Notes: generated by a model from the sequence alone, not told the origin. Positions 1 to 10,928 are shown, counted from the whole stretch's first letter. The stretch: 61,580 nt of DNA, filler included, from Stramenopiles sp. TOSAG23-3 (GCA_900128585.1; 19 parts of 19 records of this genome joined end to end with filler, not necessarily neighbours in it), one strand, 5' to 3'. Numbers and translations are program-made.

Positions 1-2
1 GG

Positions 3-455
3 CTCCTTACGCTGACAGAAGAACAGCTGGCGGCGCTTCACCAAGTGGCAGAAGTGTTTCGATATTACGATACGGACCGTAACGGTTGCTTAGGCCGTGA
101 CGAATTCTCTCACTGCTTTAATTATTTGAAAGAATCGGGGTACACGATTGGCGCACGTTCGCAAGAGGATGTAATGACAGAGGTGGATACTGGGCACGAT
201 GGCAACATAAATTACAACGAGTTCATCTCGTGGATGGTTACCATTGGCGTCCTAGAAGTCTCGGGCATCAAACGTGTCGATCTAACCCAACACCAGATTG
301 AGAATTTTGCAAGAAAGTCATTTGTTGAAGGTCAAGAAATCCTCGCAGAAGGAGGTGGAGAAGAGGCATTTGGCGGAAGCACTTTAACCAGTGTAACAGG
401 GGAAGCAACGACGGTTACAGAGACAGCGGGCGCATTGCAAGCGCAGGGTCTCTGA
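3..455 (+). CDS. EF-hand calcium-binding protein, C-terminal part (5' truncated)
   Basis: Frame is open from base 3. Two EF loops, DTDRNGCLGRDE and DTGHDGNINYNE. Confidence 0.85.
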   Translation, partial: LLTLTEEQLAALHQVAEVFRYYDTDRNGCLGRDEFSHCFNYLKESGYTIGARSQEDVMTEVDTGHDGNINYNEFISWMVTIGVLEVSGIKRVDLTQHQIENFARKSFVEGQEILAEGGGEEAFGGSTLTSVTGEATTVTETAGALQAQGL

Positions 456-742
456 AGAAAAAACATGATAGACCGACTAATAAATATAGATAAATATAAT
501 AATAATGAAGAAAGAATGATTTTATAATTTTAACTTTTTTTTAACTTCAAGCTAAAGAGAGAGACTAATAATTATGAGGGTGCTATTTCTATCTTATAAT
601 GTAATAAATACTCTCAAGTTGTTAACTGATGATGAATATTAATAATATATGAACACAGCATAGAGATAACGAGGCGAATGGAAGATTTTATTTTTTTTAG
701 ATTTTGATGATGATAGATAATTATTTTTTAGAGTTCAGTATC

Positions 743-754
743 TTTGGCGCGGAA
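743..754. promoter_or_regulatory. E2F-like site (TTTGGCGCGGAA)
   Basis: Matches the TTTSSCGC consensus within an AT-rich spacer upstream of MLH3. Confidence 0.3.
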
Positions 755-1142
755 TTGAAATGTTGAACATTATTTTTTTTAACTATTTGAAATGAAGATT
801 TCTTTATGAAAAAACGATAATTTTTATAAATTTCAAGTCGTAAAAGTGGTTTGAGATACACAAAATTGTGCCAGTATGGTTCATTTTTCTAAAGCTTGCA
901 AAAGAATAAGTGATTGTTTGGGTGGTGTTTGGTCCAAATCGTCCATTTCACAAAAAATTGTCCCTACGAACCGTAATTCCAAGTCAATGGACGGCAAACA
1001 TTTTACAAACGTTCGTTGGGGAGCGAATGTCGTGAGCGGGGCAATCGCGTGATCTAAACTTAAGCAAATATGCGTCCTCCTGCCTTTCGTTTGTCATTTT
1101 CTGGATAAACGCTTCCATACTTTGAAATTCCAGGAAGATTTT

Positions 1143-1154
1143 TTTTCGCGCCAA
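1143..1154. promoter_or_regulatory. E2F-like site (TTTTCGCGCCAA)
   Basis: Matches TTTSSCGC about 470 nt upstream of the MLH3 ATG. Confidence 0.35.
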
Positions 1155-1616
1155 GGCGAGTGGTCACTTTATTGCTCAGGTGTCTATCATGGCCTTTTAC
1201 TTAAAGAAAAATACCGATGGTCGTGTTGACAAAATGGGAACAATTTTCATCATTAAGATAGACACAGCATTAATAAGAAGAAGAAACTTTCGAATGTAAA
1301 GTAATTATTAATACAGGGCAACACAATGGGAATCAGCGAAACAATAAAAATGATGATGATTTTTTTTTACCCAACACGCCTCGTCGTCGCTACGCTGATA
1401 AATTCAAAGTAAACAACTTACCATTCTAAAATGAATTATAAAGTATGACTTATAAGTCATTTAAGACCGGAAAAATGCCTAAGCGTTGTAGACACAAAGA
1501 TTCACCTTTGAAACCAACATAACTACGATCGTCGTGCGTACCATTCTACCCAAGAGCTTTCTGCGTCGGAAGACACGCCCGAGAGACACGCACTCGCATC
1601 AGCGAAGAGCACTCCA

Positions 1617-3165
1617 ATGAATAGACTAGCGGGGAAAGACATTGATTTCCTTCGATGCCGAGTAACACTCCCTAGTTTTTCGAGAATTGTGGACGAACTT
1701 GTAATGAACGCACTAGATGCAAGTGCGACAAAGATAGAATGTTTTGTTCGGCTCGAGGGCCTCTTGTTCGTGAGGGTATGGGACAATGGCCACGGCATTG
1801 CCCCCGACAGCATGAAGCAGCTCCTGGGAGGGTCCCACTCAACATCAAAATCTGGCTCTGCTCGTACGTTTGGTTTCAGGGGCGAGGCTCTGTACTCCCT
1901 GGCAACCCAGGCCCGTGAGATGGAAATACTGTCTTCTTGTCCTGGGAGCAATTTAGTGTACAAATTGGTAAAGTCGAAACCAAATCAGCTGGTGTCCAGA
2001 ACGACCAACACCTCCACGCCTTCGTTCACGAGTGTAACGGCGAGGGACGTGTACCACCGGTGGCCCGTTCGAAGAAAAGCTTTGGTTCCTACCAAAGAGA
2101 TTGTCGATATACAGCGTCACCTGATGACTATCCTGCTGCAGCACCCATCAGTGAATTTCAGCCTTTTTCAAATAGACAGTAGGGGTCAGAATACAATAGA
2201 AGTCATGTCGATCAGATCGTCGGCGTCAGTTCAGCTGCACTGGCTGCAGATGCACCCAGAGTTCGATCAAACCAGTTTTGGGACCGTGGCGTTCGCTTCG
2301 GGCAGGTTTGGGTTTGATTTGGTGTACTCCCGAGAGATTGTCAAAACGAATTCCCACCAGGTAACGTATGTGAATGGACGACACGTCCTGCTGCCATATG
2401 TATGCCGAGCGGTGCACGAAATCTTACTTGAAAAATACGGGACGCAGTCAAAATGGGTCGAGCGGGGCTGCAAGTTTTTCCCAGTGTTTTGTCTCAACAT
2501 CGTTTGCAAGCCTGATGAGTACGATATCCTGTTCGATCCCCAGAAAGCAAAATGTTGCTTCTTCGACGATGAAAGCTTGATGTCTAGTTTGAAACAATTC
2601 GCCAGCAAAATAATAGGAAAGCCTTGTACGGCAAGTACTTCGGCAGTTCCAACGGTGACTTGGCAGGCCCGGCCGGCGGCCTCGGGCGCCCTTCAACGGA
2701 ACCCCCGGCGCCTGATGAAACGGAGAGTGACGGGAGAGACTGTGTTGCCGGAATTCTCGCTTGCGCAAATGTACGAAAATTTTGTCGCCACCCAATTTGA
2801 AGGCCGCCCATTAGAGACAAACTCAGACGAAATTCGGGTAGGAAAATTTAAAGGGGTCGCGCCAGCGCGGGCAAAAGAGGCAGTACCGCGAGCCGAGCTG
2901 CATTCGCTGTTCTTGATTGGGCAATTCGACCGAAAATTTGTCATTGCGGCAACGAAAAATCGGCAACTGGTCTGCATCGATCAACACGCAGCCTCGGAGC
3001 GGGTCAATTTGGAAAAGTTGGAAGACTCATTTTTGTCAACACTTGAGCGCGATGGAACGTACCGTACTATGTCTTCAGGAACAGAACACGAACGGGTGAT
3101 CTCGCCCCCTGAGAAGGTGGTACTTTCTGGTTTGTATCTAAAGTCCGTGGCGCGCTTTTCAAAGG
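1617..3165 (+). CDS. MLH3: MutL-family mismatch repair/meiotic protein, MLH3-like (3' truncated)
   Basis: GHKL motifs ELVMNALDA, DNGHGI and TFGFRGEALYS. C-terminal GQFDRKF and endonuclease motif DQHAASERVNLE of the MLH3 type. Confidence 0.85.
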
Positions 3166-3265
3166 NNNNNNNNNNNNNNNNNNNNNNNNNNNNNNNNNNN
3201 NNNNNNNNNTTAATTAATTAANNNNNNNNNNNNNNNNNNNNNNNNNNNNNNNNNNNNNNNNNNNN
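3166..3265. other. Artificial contig spacer (first of 18)
   Basis: 44 N + TTAATTAATTAA + 44 N. Others start at 6430, 9687, 12943, 16198, 19449, 22699, 25947, 29195, 32442, 35688, 38932, 42174, 45416, 48655, 51889, 55121 and 58351. Contig lengths fall from 3164 to 3130. Confidence 0.98.
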
Positions 3266-3750
3266 CCAACAAGGATTAGCAAGATCACATCCCAGAACGT
3301 TCTCTGTTTTGCGTTGCAGCTCAACAAATACCAGGGCTTTTTTTGCAGTTCTGCCCCATCAACAGTAATGCTTTTCGTATTAGAACCCTTTGCATTTATC
3401 GCCGCATTAGTCGCGAGAATATAGTTTGAAATTTCTTTCAACGACCGGCGGCGGTGTGTGCGCAACGATGAGCTATACGCTCTTAGCTCCGCATCAACTG
3501 TTGTTCGCCGCTTTGGTGTTTGGAAAGATGGCCGGTCTACGGATGTGCTATCATACGAAAAATAATTCCTCGCTCTCTGCTGTTCAGAAATAGACAGACT
3601 CCTTTCCCTTCCAGAGAGATTAGTGAAGATTGGTATCGTTGGGGCAGAAGAGCCGCTTAAAGTTGCTTCACTTTCCGGGTCCGGGCAAGACTTGCCATTG
3701 CCTATTGTTGGCAAAACGACCGTGGACTCATATCCGGTTATACTCGACAT
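3266..3750 (-). CDS. N-terminus of a probable cyclic-nucleotide-gated/EAG-like cation channel (3' truncated)
   Basis: Low-complexity N-terminus, then PWYLL...RTFWDVILLILV, typical of the pre-S1/S1 segment. Runs into the contig end. Confidence 0.55.
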
Positions 3751-4365
3751 TGTGATGAGCGCGATGATAACAACATTTTCAGAGATGGTTCAGTTTAATA
3801 CCAAATGTTTCACGGCTTGAATGATGAATTTGAACTTGGTGGCAGTAGCCTCCTTCGTTTCTTTTTATTCTGTTAATCTTTCTCTGCTAGCTGTTGGTCG
3901 ATAGTAGATAGGTCGATAGTAGGATAACAATATCAGAGGAGGGATGTTAGGTCATAATAGCAGAAGGATGTATACTGATGTACTTGATACCCAGGACTCG
4001 CGCAATTTTTTGTGACTTGTTGTGACTTCTCCTCTAAAAAATGAAATATTATTATATATAAGAACACAATATATTATATAATATTAATATATTGTACTTT
4101 GTGTTTGGTAACAACAACTACTATTACGTTATAGTGTTTATTGGCCCCCATGCGGGTACAGCATCATGAGTACGTACTACTACTTTTTAATAAACAGAAC
4201 TAACAGCAGCAGGGTCTTTCTCCGGGGGTCGTTGTCTCTAATTCCTATTTGAAATTGCTTCTACTCCTTTCCATATTTTCAATACCATTCGAATTTGAGT
4301 TTCCGAGTTGTGCGAAAAATTTCTCTCACTTCAACATCTGCCATCTATTTCCTAAAACAACAAAC

Positions 4366-5205
4366 ATGTTGAACATATTCTCGAAAGGAAAAAAAACAAA
4401 GAAAACGACTGAAGCGATCTTTTCTTTATTGTATACCCCGTCTCTACATGTGGAAGAGCTAGCAACAGTCACTGTGGCGACGTCGGAAAGGTTTCTAGTG
4501 CAGCACCATGCAAAAGTTAGAGCTTCGAAACAATTAAAATCCCTAAATATTTTAAGTGATGATCAAAGGAACAGGGGTTTGCCAGGGCAAACATCTAAAT
4601 ATGTTGTTGATCCTGAGTGGGCTAACGAAACCGCAACTAGCATTCGAGTTGCCCTGGAGGATCTTGCTAAGTTCTACAAAAAACACAACGTTAACACTGT
4701 TTTTGTTTTTGAAGCCAATGATTTAGCCGTGTTACAAGCAAACATAAAGGAGCATGCAACATTAGCTTTTCCCGATATTGAATTCTTGTCTTCCGAAATA
4801 ATTTTGGGGGGACCGGAAATAGTTCGAGGAAACACGTTACAAGAGTTGTACGATGCACGATTCCCTCATCACGCGTTTCAAATACGGTCACCACTGGAAG
4901 AGTGCATTGCTCAAGACAAAATTGCCCGCAGCATATATGTTGGCGGTCGTGTTATGATCCAAGTCGGCTGCCCAATGCCGACAGTTGAGCAATTGACTCA
5001 AGAGGAGTTTAAAATTTGCGATCTGGATGGAAACGGGGAGATCTCAAAAGAAGAGTTCCGGGACTGGTATTCCAGTCAGTGGGAAAAAAAATTTGTGTCT
5101 GCTGATACAAATGGGGATGGATCGATCAGCTACGAAGAATTTAAGAACTGGTACGTCCCACATGAAATCAAAATGAAAACCGATTACAAAATGGGAAAAC
5201 CATAA
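4366..5205 (+). CDS. Degenerate DEDDh-exonuclease-like domain plus two EF-hands (paralogue A)
   Basis: First ATG at 4366. EF loops DLDGNGEISKEE and DTNGDGSISYEE. N-terminal domain aligns by eye with the 5457-6239 product. Confidence 0.75.
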   Translation: MLNIFSKGKKTKKTTEAIFSLLYTPSLHVEELATVTVATSERFLVQHHAKVRASKQLKSLNILSDDQRNRGLPGQTSKYVVDPEWANETATSIRVALEDLAKFYKKHNVNTVFVFEANDLAVLQANIKEHATLAFPDIEFLSSEIILGGPEIVRGNTLQELYDARFPHHAFQIRSPLEECIAQDKIARSIYVGGRVMIQVGCPMPTVEQLTQEEFKICDLDGNGEISKEEFRDWYSSQWEKKFVSADTNGDGSISYEEFKNWYVPHEIKMKTDYKMGKP

Positions 5206-5456
5206 TTTCATGACCGCTGCACAAAATAAAGTGCAGTAGAAAAGCGAACAATAATTACTTTATTTGCGATAGGAGCGTACGAAATGTGTTAAATGTAATT
5301 AAATTTTACAATCAAGAATTCTTAATTATACTCTCGGAAATATATAAATTTAAAAACAAATTATTTGATTTTATTTCGATATGTTAGTCTAATACCAAGG
5401 GGATTCAATACGTTTTTTCCCCCGTTTTTTCTCATTTAATTTATATCATCGATACT

Positions 5457-6239
5457 TTATTTTCTATATTCCCGTGAACTGTACCACGTTTTGAATTCCT
5501 CAAAGGAAATAGTATCGTCTTTGTTAGCGTCGGCCAACTTGAACTCGCCTTCCCATGTCTTGCGGTACCACTTTTCAAATTCTTCTTTTGAAATTTCCCC
5601 ATTATCATCTGCATCGCATTCTTTAAAGGCTTTGGAAATGGGATCCAATTCTATCTGGCATTTTCCCTCTTCGCCGAGCATGGATATATACCCGTTTTCA
5701 AGATATGTTTCGATAAGCTCTGCTTGCGCGATTACGCCGCCATTCAAAGAGTGTGTATTGATATTTTTGGCTGGAAACTGGTGTTTATACAATCCAGTCA
5801 AATTGCGCTTACCGTGGTTTTCTGGTCGCCGCAAAAACGGCAATGTCTCAATTCGTACAAATGGAGGTGGACTCAGACCAAGCTTGGCACACTCCGCGTC
5901 GAGCAGTTCATACTCGGAATCATGGTATGTAAGTAGGCATTTGACCTTGTTTCCTTTCCAGAATGCAAACAAATTTTTCAGAGCCGATATGGCCGACACA
6001 CGGTCACTTTCAAACCAGCCTATCTGTTCGCACAATATCTTTGCTCCAAGAGTTTCGTAAGGGGAATCATTTGCATCCGCATTTGAAAACAAAGATTCGT
6101 TCTCAATAAATGCTTGGTATTGGATGTAGGTGGCCCCGACAAGGCAGCTCGCAATACCCACGATGTGACGGCTGAATGGATCGGCTCTTAGTTTCGGCAC
6201 TGCCTTTATCTCGAGTACTGCGTATATTTTACTTTCCAT
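5457..6239 (-). CDS. Degenerate DEDDh-exonuclease-like domain plus two EF-hands (paralogue B)
   Basis: YAVLEIKA, LLTYH..EYELLDAEC, IETLPFLR and THS...GV follow DnaQ Exo I-III spacing with acidic residues altered. EF loops DADDNGEISKEE and DANKDDTISFEE. Confidence 0.8.
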   Translation of the reverse strand: MESKIYAVLEIKAVPKLRADPFSRHIVGIASCLVGATYIQYQAFIENESLFSNADANDSPYETLGAKILCEQIGWFESDRVSAISALKNLFAFWKGNKVKCLLTYHDSEYELLDAECAKLGLSPPPFVRIETLPFLRRPENHGKRNLTGLYKHQFPAKNINTHSLNGGVIAQAELIETYLENGYISMLGEEGKCQIELDPISKAFKECDADDNGEISKEEFEKWYRKTWEGEFKLADANKDDTISFEEFKTWYSSREYRK

Positions 6240-6529
6240 TGGTAATTTGCTTATATTGATATTTCTGTTTGGGTTGCTGAATATTTTTAAATATTGGCGT
6301 TGAACCCTTCGCGTTCGTTACATTGTGCGAAACCAGTGGCACTGGCATTATTAATATACCGATAGACTTTGTGAAGTACCGGGAGGAATGGTGTTATACA
6401 TCAATTATTATACTACAGCACCCAAGAAGNNNNNNNNNNNNNNNNNNNNNNNNNNNNNNNNNNNNNNNNNNNNTTAATTAATTAANNNNNNNNNNNNNNN
6501 NNNNNNNNNNNNNNNNNNNNNNNNNNNNN

Positions 6530-6602
6530 TTCTTCTTCTTCTTCTTCTTCTTCTTCTTCTTCTTCTTCTTCTTCTTCTTCTTCTTCTTCTTCTTCTTCTT
6601 CT
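6530..6602. repeat. (TTC)n microsatellite at contig start
   Basis: Perfect trinucleotide run. Confidence 0.95.
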
Positions 6603-7067
6603 TTATTATAATAATGAAAGAAGAGGATTTTTTTTGTACTTGCTTCTTTATTATTGTTTCGTTACTCTAGTGGGATAGCAGGCGAATAATTTTACTATAG
6701 AGAAGCCCTATTATTAGAACGACTACCAGATAATACTATTAACAGTACACTGATAATAAAAAGCACGCTAATAATGAAGAAGAACAAAAAAGAAGATGAT
6801 TGATTGAACATACAAATAGAAGGGAAGAACAACAAAACACAGATCAATCGATGATAGAAGAAGAAGAGGAGAAGATGCGGAAGAAGAAGAAGCACTATGT
6901 AACTTCTGCTCTTTTTTCTTTACTAGATGGAATACGTTCGTATGACAAAATAGAATCATTGATTTTCCGATTGTCCACCAATGAAATGGGTGAATCAAGA
7001 GGGAGAGAGAGAGAGTTGTTGGTGTTTATTGTGCGAAAGTTACGATAAATACACAAGAGTTTCAGTG

Positions 7068-8492
7068 ATGGCGGACCCAGGGGAGGGCAGCGACGGTCGT
7101 GGCGGCGGCGAGCAAAACCGGAGGACCATGTCCAATATTAAAAAGCGCATTCGTGTCGCCGGGGACCGGAGGGCGTTTCGTAGGACACGGTCTACGATCG
7201 ATAACTTGCGGTTTGTATTCGACCAAGTCGACGTGGACGGGGATGGGGTAATCAAGCGAGCGAAGTTTGAGGACTTGCTGGTCCACTTTGGGATATCGAA
7301 AAACAGCATAGAAGCGCACGAGCGTTTGCAAAACTCTGGGTACGGGGACCAAGACAATATTACTTTCAGCGAATTTACGTCGGTCGTGGAAGAGTGGGGA
7401 ACGAGGGGCAAGGGCATCAACGTAGATGTAGAGGCGGAGCGATGGGCGAACGACCCGATGTTAATCGATGAGACAGGAACTATTTTTGACCCGAAGAACG
7501 AGGAGGAGGAGACGCAGAAGAGTATGACGGATCGGTACTCGGTCATTCCGTTGTGGATGGTTCACGACGAGCGGTTCAAAAAGCTAGTGGCCGGGGGCAT
7601 TGCTGGAATTTTTGCAAAGACGTTCGTCGCCCCCGCAGATCGTGTGAAGATTTTGTTCCAAGTCCATTCGTCGAAGAAATTTACGATTCTCAACGCCGTG
7701 CGGGAATCGGTTAGTATTGTCAATAAGGAGGGGGTCCCGGCCCTATGGCGCGGCAATTGGGCCACCGTCCTGCGCGTGTTTCCATACGCGGGGATACAAT
7801 TTTTAACGTTTGACATGTATTCTGCCTACCTGAAGGGCACGCGGCCTGCAAAGGCAGACGAGAGATACGTTCCCGAATTCTGGCGTCTCCAGGGGGAAAG
7901 GCTGTTGTCCGGCGCCATGGCCGGTGCAACCTCTGTAGCGGTGACCTACCCGTTAGATTTAGTGCGCGCACGGATGGCCGTCCAACAGCTTGACCCGACG
8001 GCGGCTGGAAACATTGGGGTGGTGAACACCTTTCGTTCGATCGTCCGTGAGGAGGGTTACTACGGCCTGTTTCGAGGCATGAAGCCGACCCTTATCGGCA
8101 TCTTGCCCTACGCCGGATTTGCGTTCCTTGGGTTTCACTGGATGAAAAGCTCAGTGGAAAGGATTAAGCAGCGGGAAATTCTGTGGTGGGAGCGCCTCCT
8201 TTGCGGGTCCTTGGCGGGGTTGACCGCCCAATCGATGTCCTACCCGCTCGACATGGTCCGTCGTAGAATGCAGACGGAGCGTGTGGTGTTTGCCGACACA
8301 CGGGAGGTTTCTCGTTATGAGTCGATTAACGGGACGCTGTCGATGATCAGAAAATCAGAGGGCTTTCGGGGCCTGTTCAAAGGCCTGACGATGAATTGGT
8401 TGAAAGGCCCCCTGGCGGTTGGAATCAGCTTTGCCGCGAACGATTACATTCGGAGAGAAATGGGCGTGCTGGAGAAGAGGGAAGTCCCCTGA
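7068..8492 (+). CDS. Mitochondrial carrier (CoA-carrier SLC25A42/SLC25A16-like) with N-terminal EF-hands
   Basis: Three carrier signatures (PADRVK, PLDLVR, PLDMVR). AKTFVAP and LWRGNxATVLRVFPYAGIQF resemble the CoA-carrier clade. EF loop DVDGDGVI. Likely ATG at 7068. Confidence 0.85.
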   Translation: MADPGEGSDGRGGGEQNRRTMSNIKKRIRVAGDRRAFRRTRSTIDNLRFVFDQVDVDGDGVIKRAKFEDLLVHFGISKNSIEAHERLQNSGYGDQDNITFSEFTSVVEEWGTRGKGINVDVEAERWANDPMLIDETGTIFDPKNEEEETQKSMTDRYSVIPLWMVHDERFKKLVAGGIAGIFAKTFVAPADRVKILFQVHSSKKFTILNAVRESVSIVNKEGVPALWRGNWATVLRVFPYAGIQFLTFDMYSAYLKGTRPAKADERYVPEFWRLQGERLLSGAMAGATSVAVTYPLDLVRARMAVQQLDPTAAGNIGVVNTFRSIVREEGYYGLFRGMKPTLIGILPYAGFAFLGFHWMKSSVERIKQREILWWERLLCGSLAGLTAQSMSYPLDMVRRRMQTERVVFADTREVSRYESINGTLSMIRKSEGFRGLFKGLTMNWLKGPLAVGISFAANDYIRREMGVLEKREVP

Positions 8493-8819
8493 AAAGTATC
8501 GTAGCATATCAGAAAAAATTAATAATTTTCGAATATTTTATCATATTATCAATGTACGCGTATACACTTTTGCAAAATGCACGCGCACTTTAAAATGTTT
8601 TTAAAACATTCGCTTACTAACATTTATTTGATTCGTGGCAAGTATTTAATAGCTTAATATGTTGCAGTATATGCAGCAAGATGGCTTCCGGGACAAGGAC
8701 GTTGCGACTGTTTCCCCAACTGGCACGACATGTAGTGCCGCACACGGTGGGAGAGGCTGACGTGATATTTGTAAATATAACTTGTGTGGGTAGCGAAGGT
8801 ATTCAGTTGCGTTTGAACT

Positions 8820-9482
8820 TTAAATTAAATGCATGTTATGATTTATTTGCAAATCATACTTTTCTTGGAATTCATCGACAATGTCATCCAAAGAATCTTC
8901 CAGATCTTCTAACCCTTCAATCATTTGGCATAGTTCTAAGGCCAGTTCTGCCGATTTTGCCGCGGCCTTGGGATTATCCTTGGTTTCAATGTTCACAATA
9001 TGCAACGGTTTGAAATCCACCGACTCACGAATTTGCAAGTCCTCTTCCACAAGCTCATAGACTCGCTCCTCGAAACAGACGGCTACGTCCACCAAACCAA
9101 TAATGTCAGAATCTTGCCATCGCTCGGGTGCTTTCTTAATGTTACGGTTTCTGTCGTTCATATCAAGCATACCGTTCTGTTTGTAGAACTTCTCGTTCTC
9201 CGACTCTAGGGATTTGTAAATGGAATCGTATGGAGTGCCAAACGGGAAGACCCTTGCCCCTTTGAATCCTGGAATTTTGACCTGAGCCCCCGCGCCGTAC
9301 GAGGATACCTTGAGGTTGTTATCTTTTAAAATCTTGTGACCAGCGCAGGATCTGTTCATGTTCGAGGAACAGATCATCGCATAATGAAACTTCCCTTCTT
9401 TCGCACTAGTCTGGCCACTATCATCTTTCGCACGCTTTGAAACGCTCCCGGCCCCTTCGGACTCTGCAGCACGTTTGCTCAT
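8820..9482 (-). CDS. SSU72: RNA polymerase II CTD phosphatase Ssu72
   Basis: CX5R active site CSSNMNRS, plus SSYG..VKIPG, FGTPY, PERWQ and CFEERVY. Likely ATG at 9482. Confidence 0.93.
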   Translation of the reverse strand: MSKRAAESEGAGSVSKRAKDDSGQTSAKEGKFHYAMICSSNMNRSCAGHKILKDNNLKVSSYGAGAQVKIPGFKGARVFPFGTPYDSIYKSLESENEKFYKQNGMLDMNDRNRNIKKAPERWQDSDIIGLVDVAVCFEERVYELVEEDLQIRESVDFKPLHIVNIETKDNPKAAAKSAELALELCQMIEGLEDLEDSLDDIVDEFQEKYDLQINHNMHLI

Positions 9483-9786
9483 AGTTTTCAACGCGTTTCC
9501 GACGGAATATAAATGTTTCAAATACAATTTCTACAATTCAAAGCGTATTTAAGTCTCGCTCTCCTGGATTAATCCTGTCTTCGTTTGACAAAAATCAACG
9601 GAAATCCATAAAACAATACTCTTTTGAACACAAAATAATACAAAATGGAGGGTTATTATTTATACAATAGTCTAATAATAATAAAANNNNNNNNNNNNNN
9701 NNNNNNNNNNNNNNNNNNNNNNNNNNNNNNTTAATTAATTAANNNNNNNNNNNNNNNNNNNNNNNNNNNNNNNNNNNNNNNNNNNN

Positions 9787-10928
9787 TTTTCCCTTGTTGT
9801 TTTCGACGTGCACCCGCAACACCACCCTGGCCAGCTCCAATCATCTTCATCAAGACGGTACAAGTAGTTAAAATGCTCAACAACTTCGTGTTTTGTTGCA
9901 CTTACGGGTAAATTGGAGACGTAGACGGAATAGTCACTGGCGGAAATATTTGCTTTTTGCCGGAGGTATTCTTTTCGGACCCGCTCTTTATACAAAAGCG
10001 CCGTGAACACCAATCCTAGAAAAGAGATTATGTCCGCAACGATGATGGTCAAGTGAGCTTCGGTTCTTGAGACGTTTGCTCCATTAAAATAATACGCCGT
10101 TTTGGAGTCGAGGTATACAGCTTTTGTAGTGTTTACAAATTCTTGCAATGACGAATTTTGAATGGCCGCCACGCTTGTTCTTTGAACCGTATCAACTTTA
10201 TCAAAAAGTGCTACATTGCCAATGGAGCATGTAGACAAAATTCCATTAGGCGCTACGGAGCCTTGGAGCCGGCCTTCCAACCCGTTGTTCCCCACGGTGC
10301 ATGCCAACAATATTGTAGGAAAATTTATTACACATAACATCAGCAGTGCAAAGCCCATGTATTTATACAATAAGAAATGAAGAATCATGCCACTACCCAA
10401 AGCATTATTGCTGTTCAGCTGTTTTATTGATTTGCTGCAGGTCTGCTTCACCGTTGTTTCACCACGCCGAAACATGCTTGATTTACGATGAAGTTGTGCC
10501 GTTTCCAAGCTAGGGGGTGGGTGATTGATCCCGTTCGTTTGAAAATCGTCGCCCAGGCTTCGGTACGCTTCTTCGACATCTTCCACTAAATAATCCTCTG
10601 GTTTCCAGTGGGTCCAACCGTCTCCCACCTCTTTTGTAGCTCGATCCAGGTTAGCATCTATTTGGTTTCCTGGGAAATCTGTCAACGTCTTTCTACCAGT
10701 TGACGTATGCCCAAATCCTTCGGTTGAGACGTGTTTCAATATCTCGTTGAACGATACGGTTCGCCCACAGGATTCTTCCAAGACATCAACTACGCCATGG
10801 TACGATGAACTGGCGTAAGAAGATGATCCAGCGATCGATGGCAGAATTTTCTTGCCAGGCTTGCTGCTGAATTTTGAAGAAATAGACCTGGGCTTCTGCA
10901 ATGGTGGAAGCCGTGTACCTGCATTCAT
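9787..10928 (-). CDS. OSCA/TMEM63 (CSC1)-like or TMC-like membrane channel, N-terminal part (3' truncated)
   Basis: LGSGMILHFLLYKY followed by a TM helix, a second TM helix, then SASDYSVYVSNLP. Confidence 0.6.
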
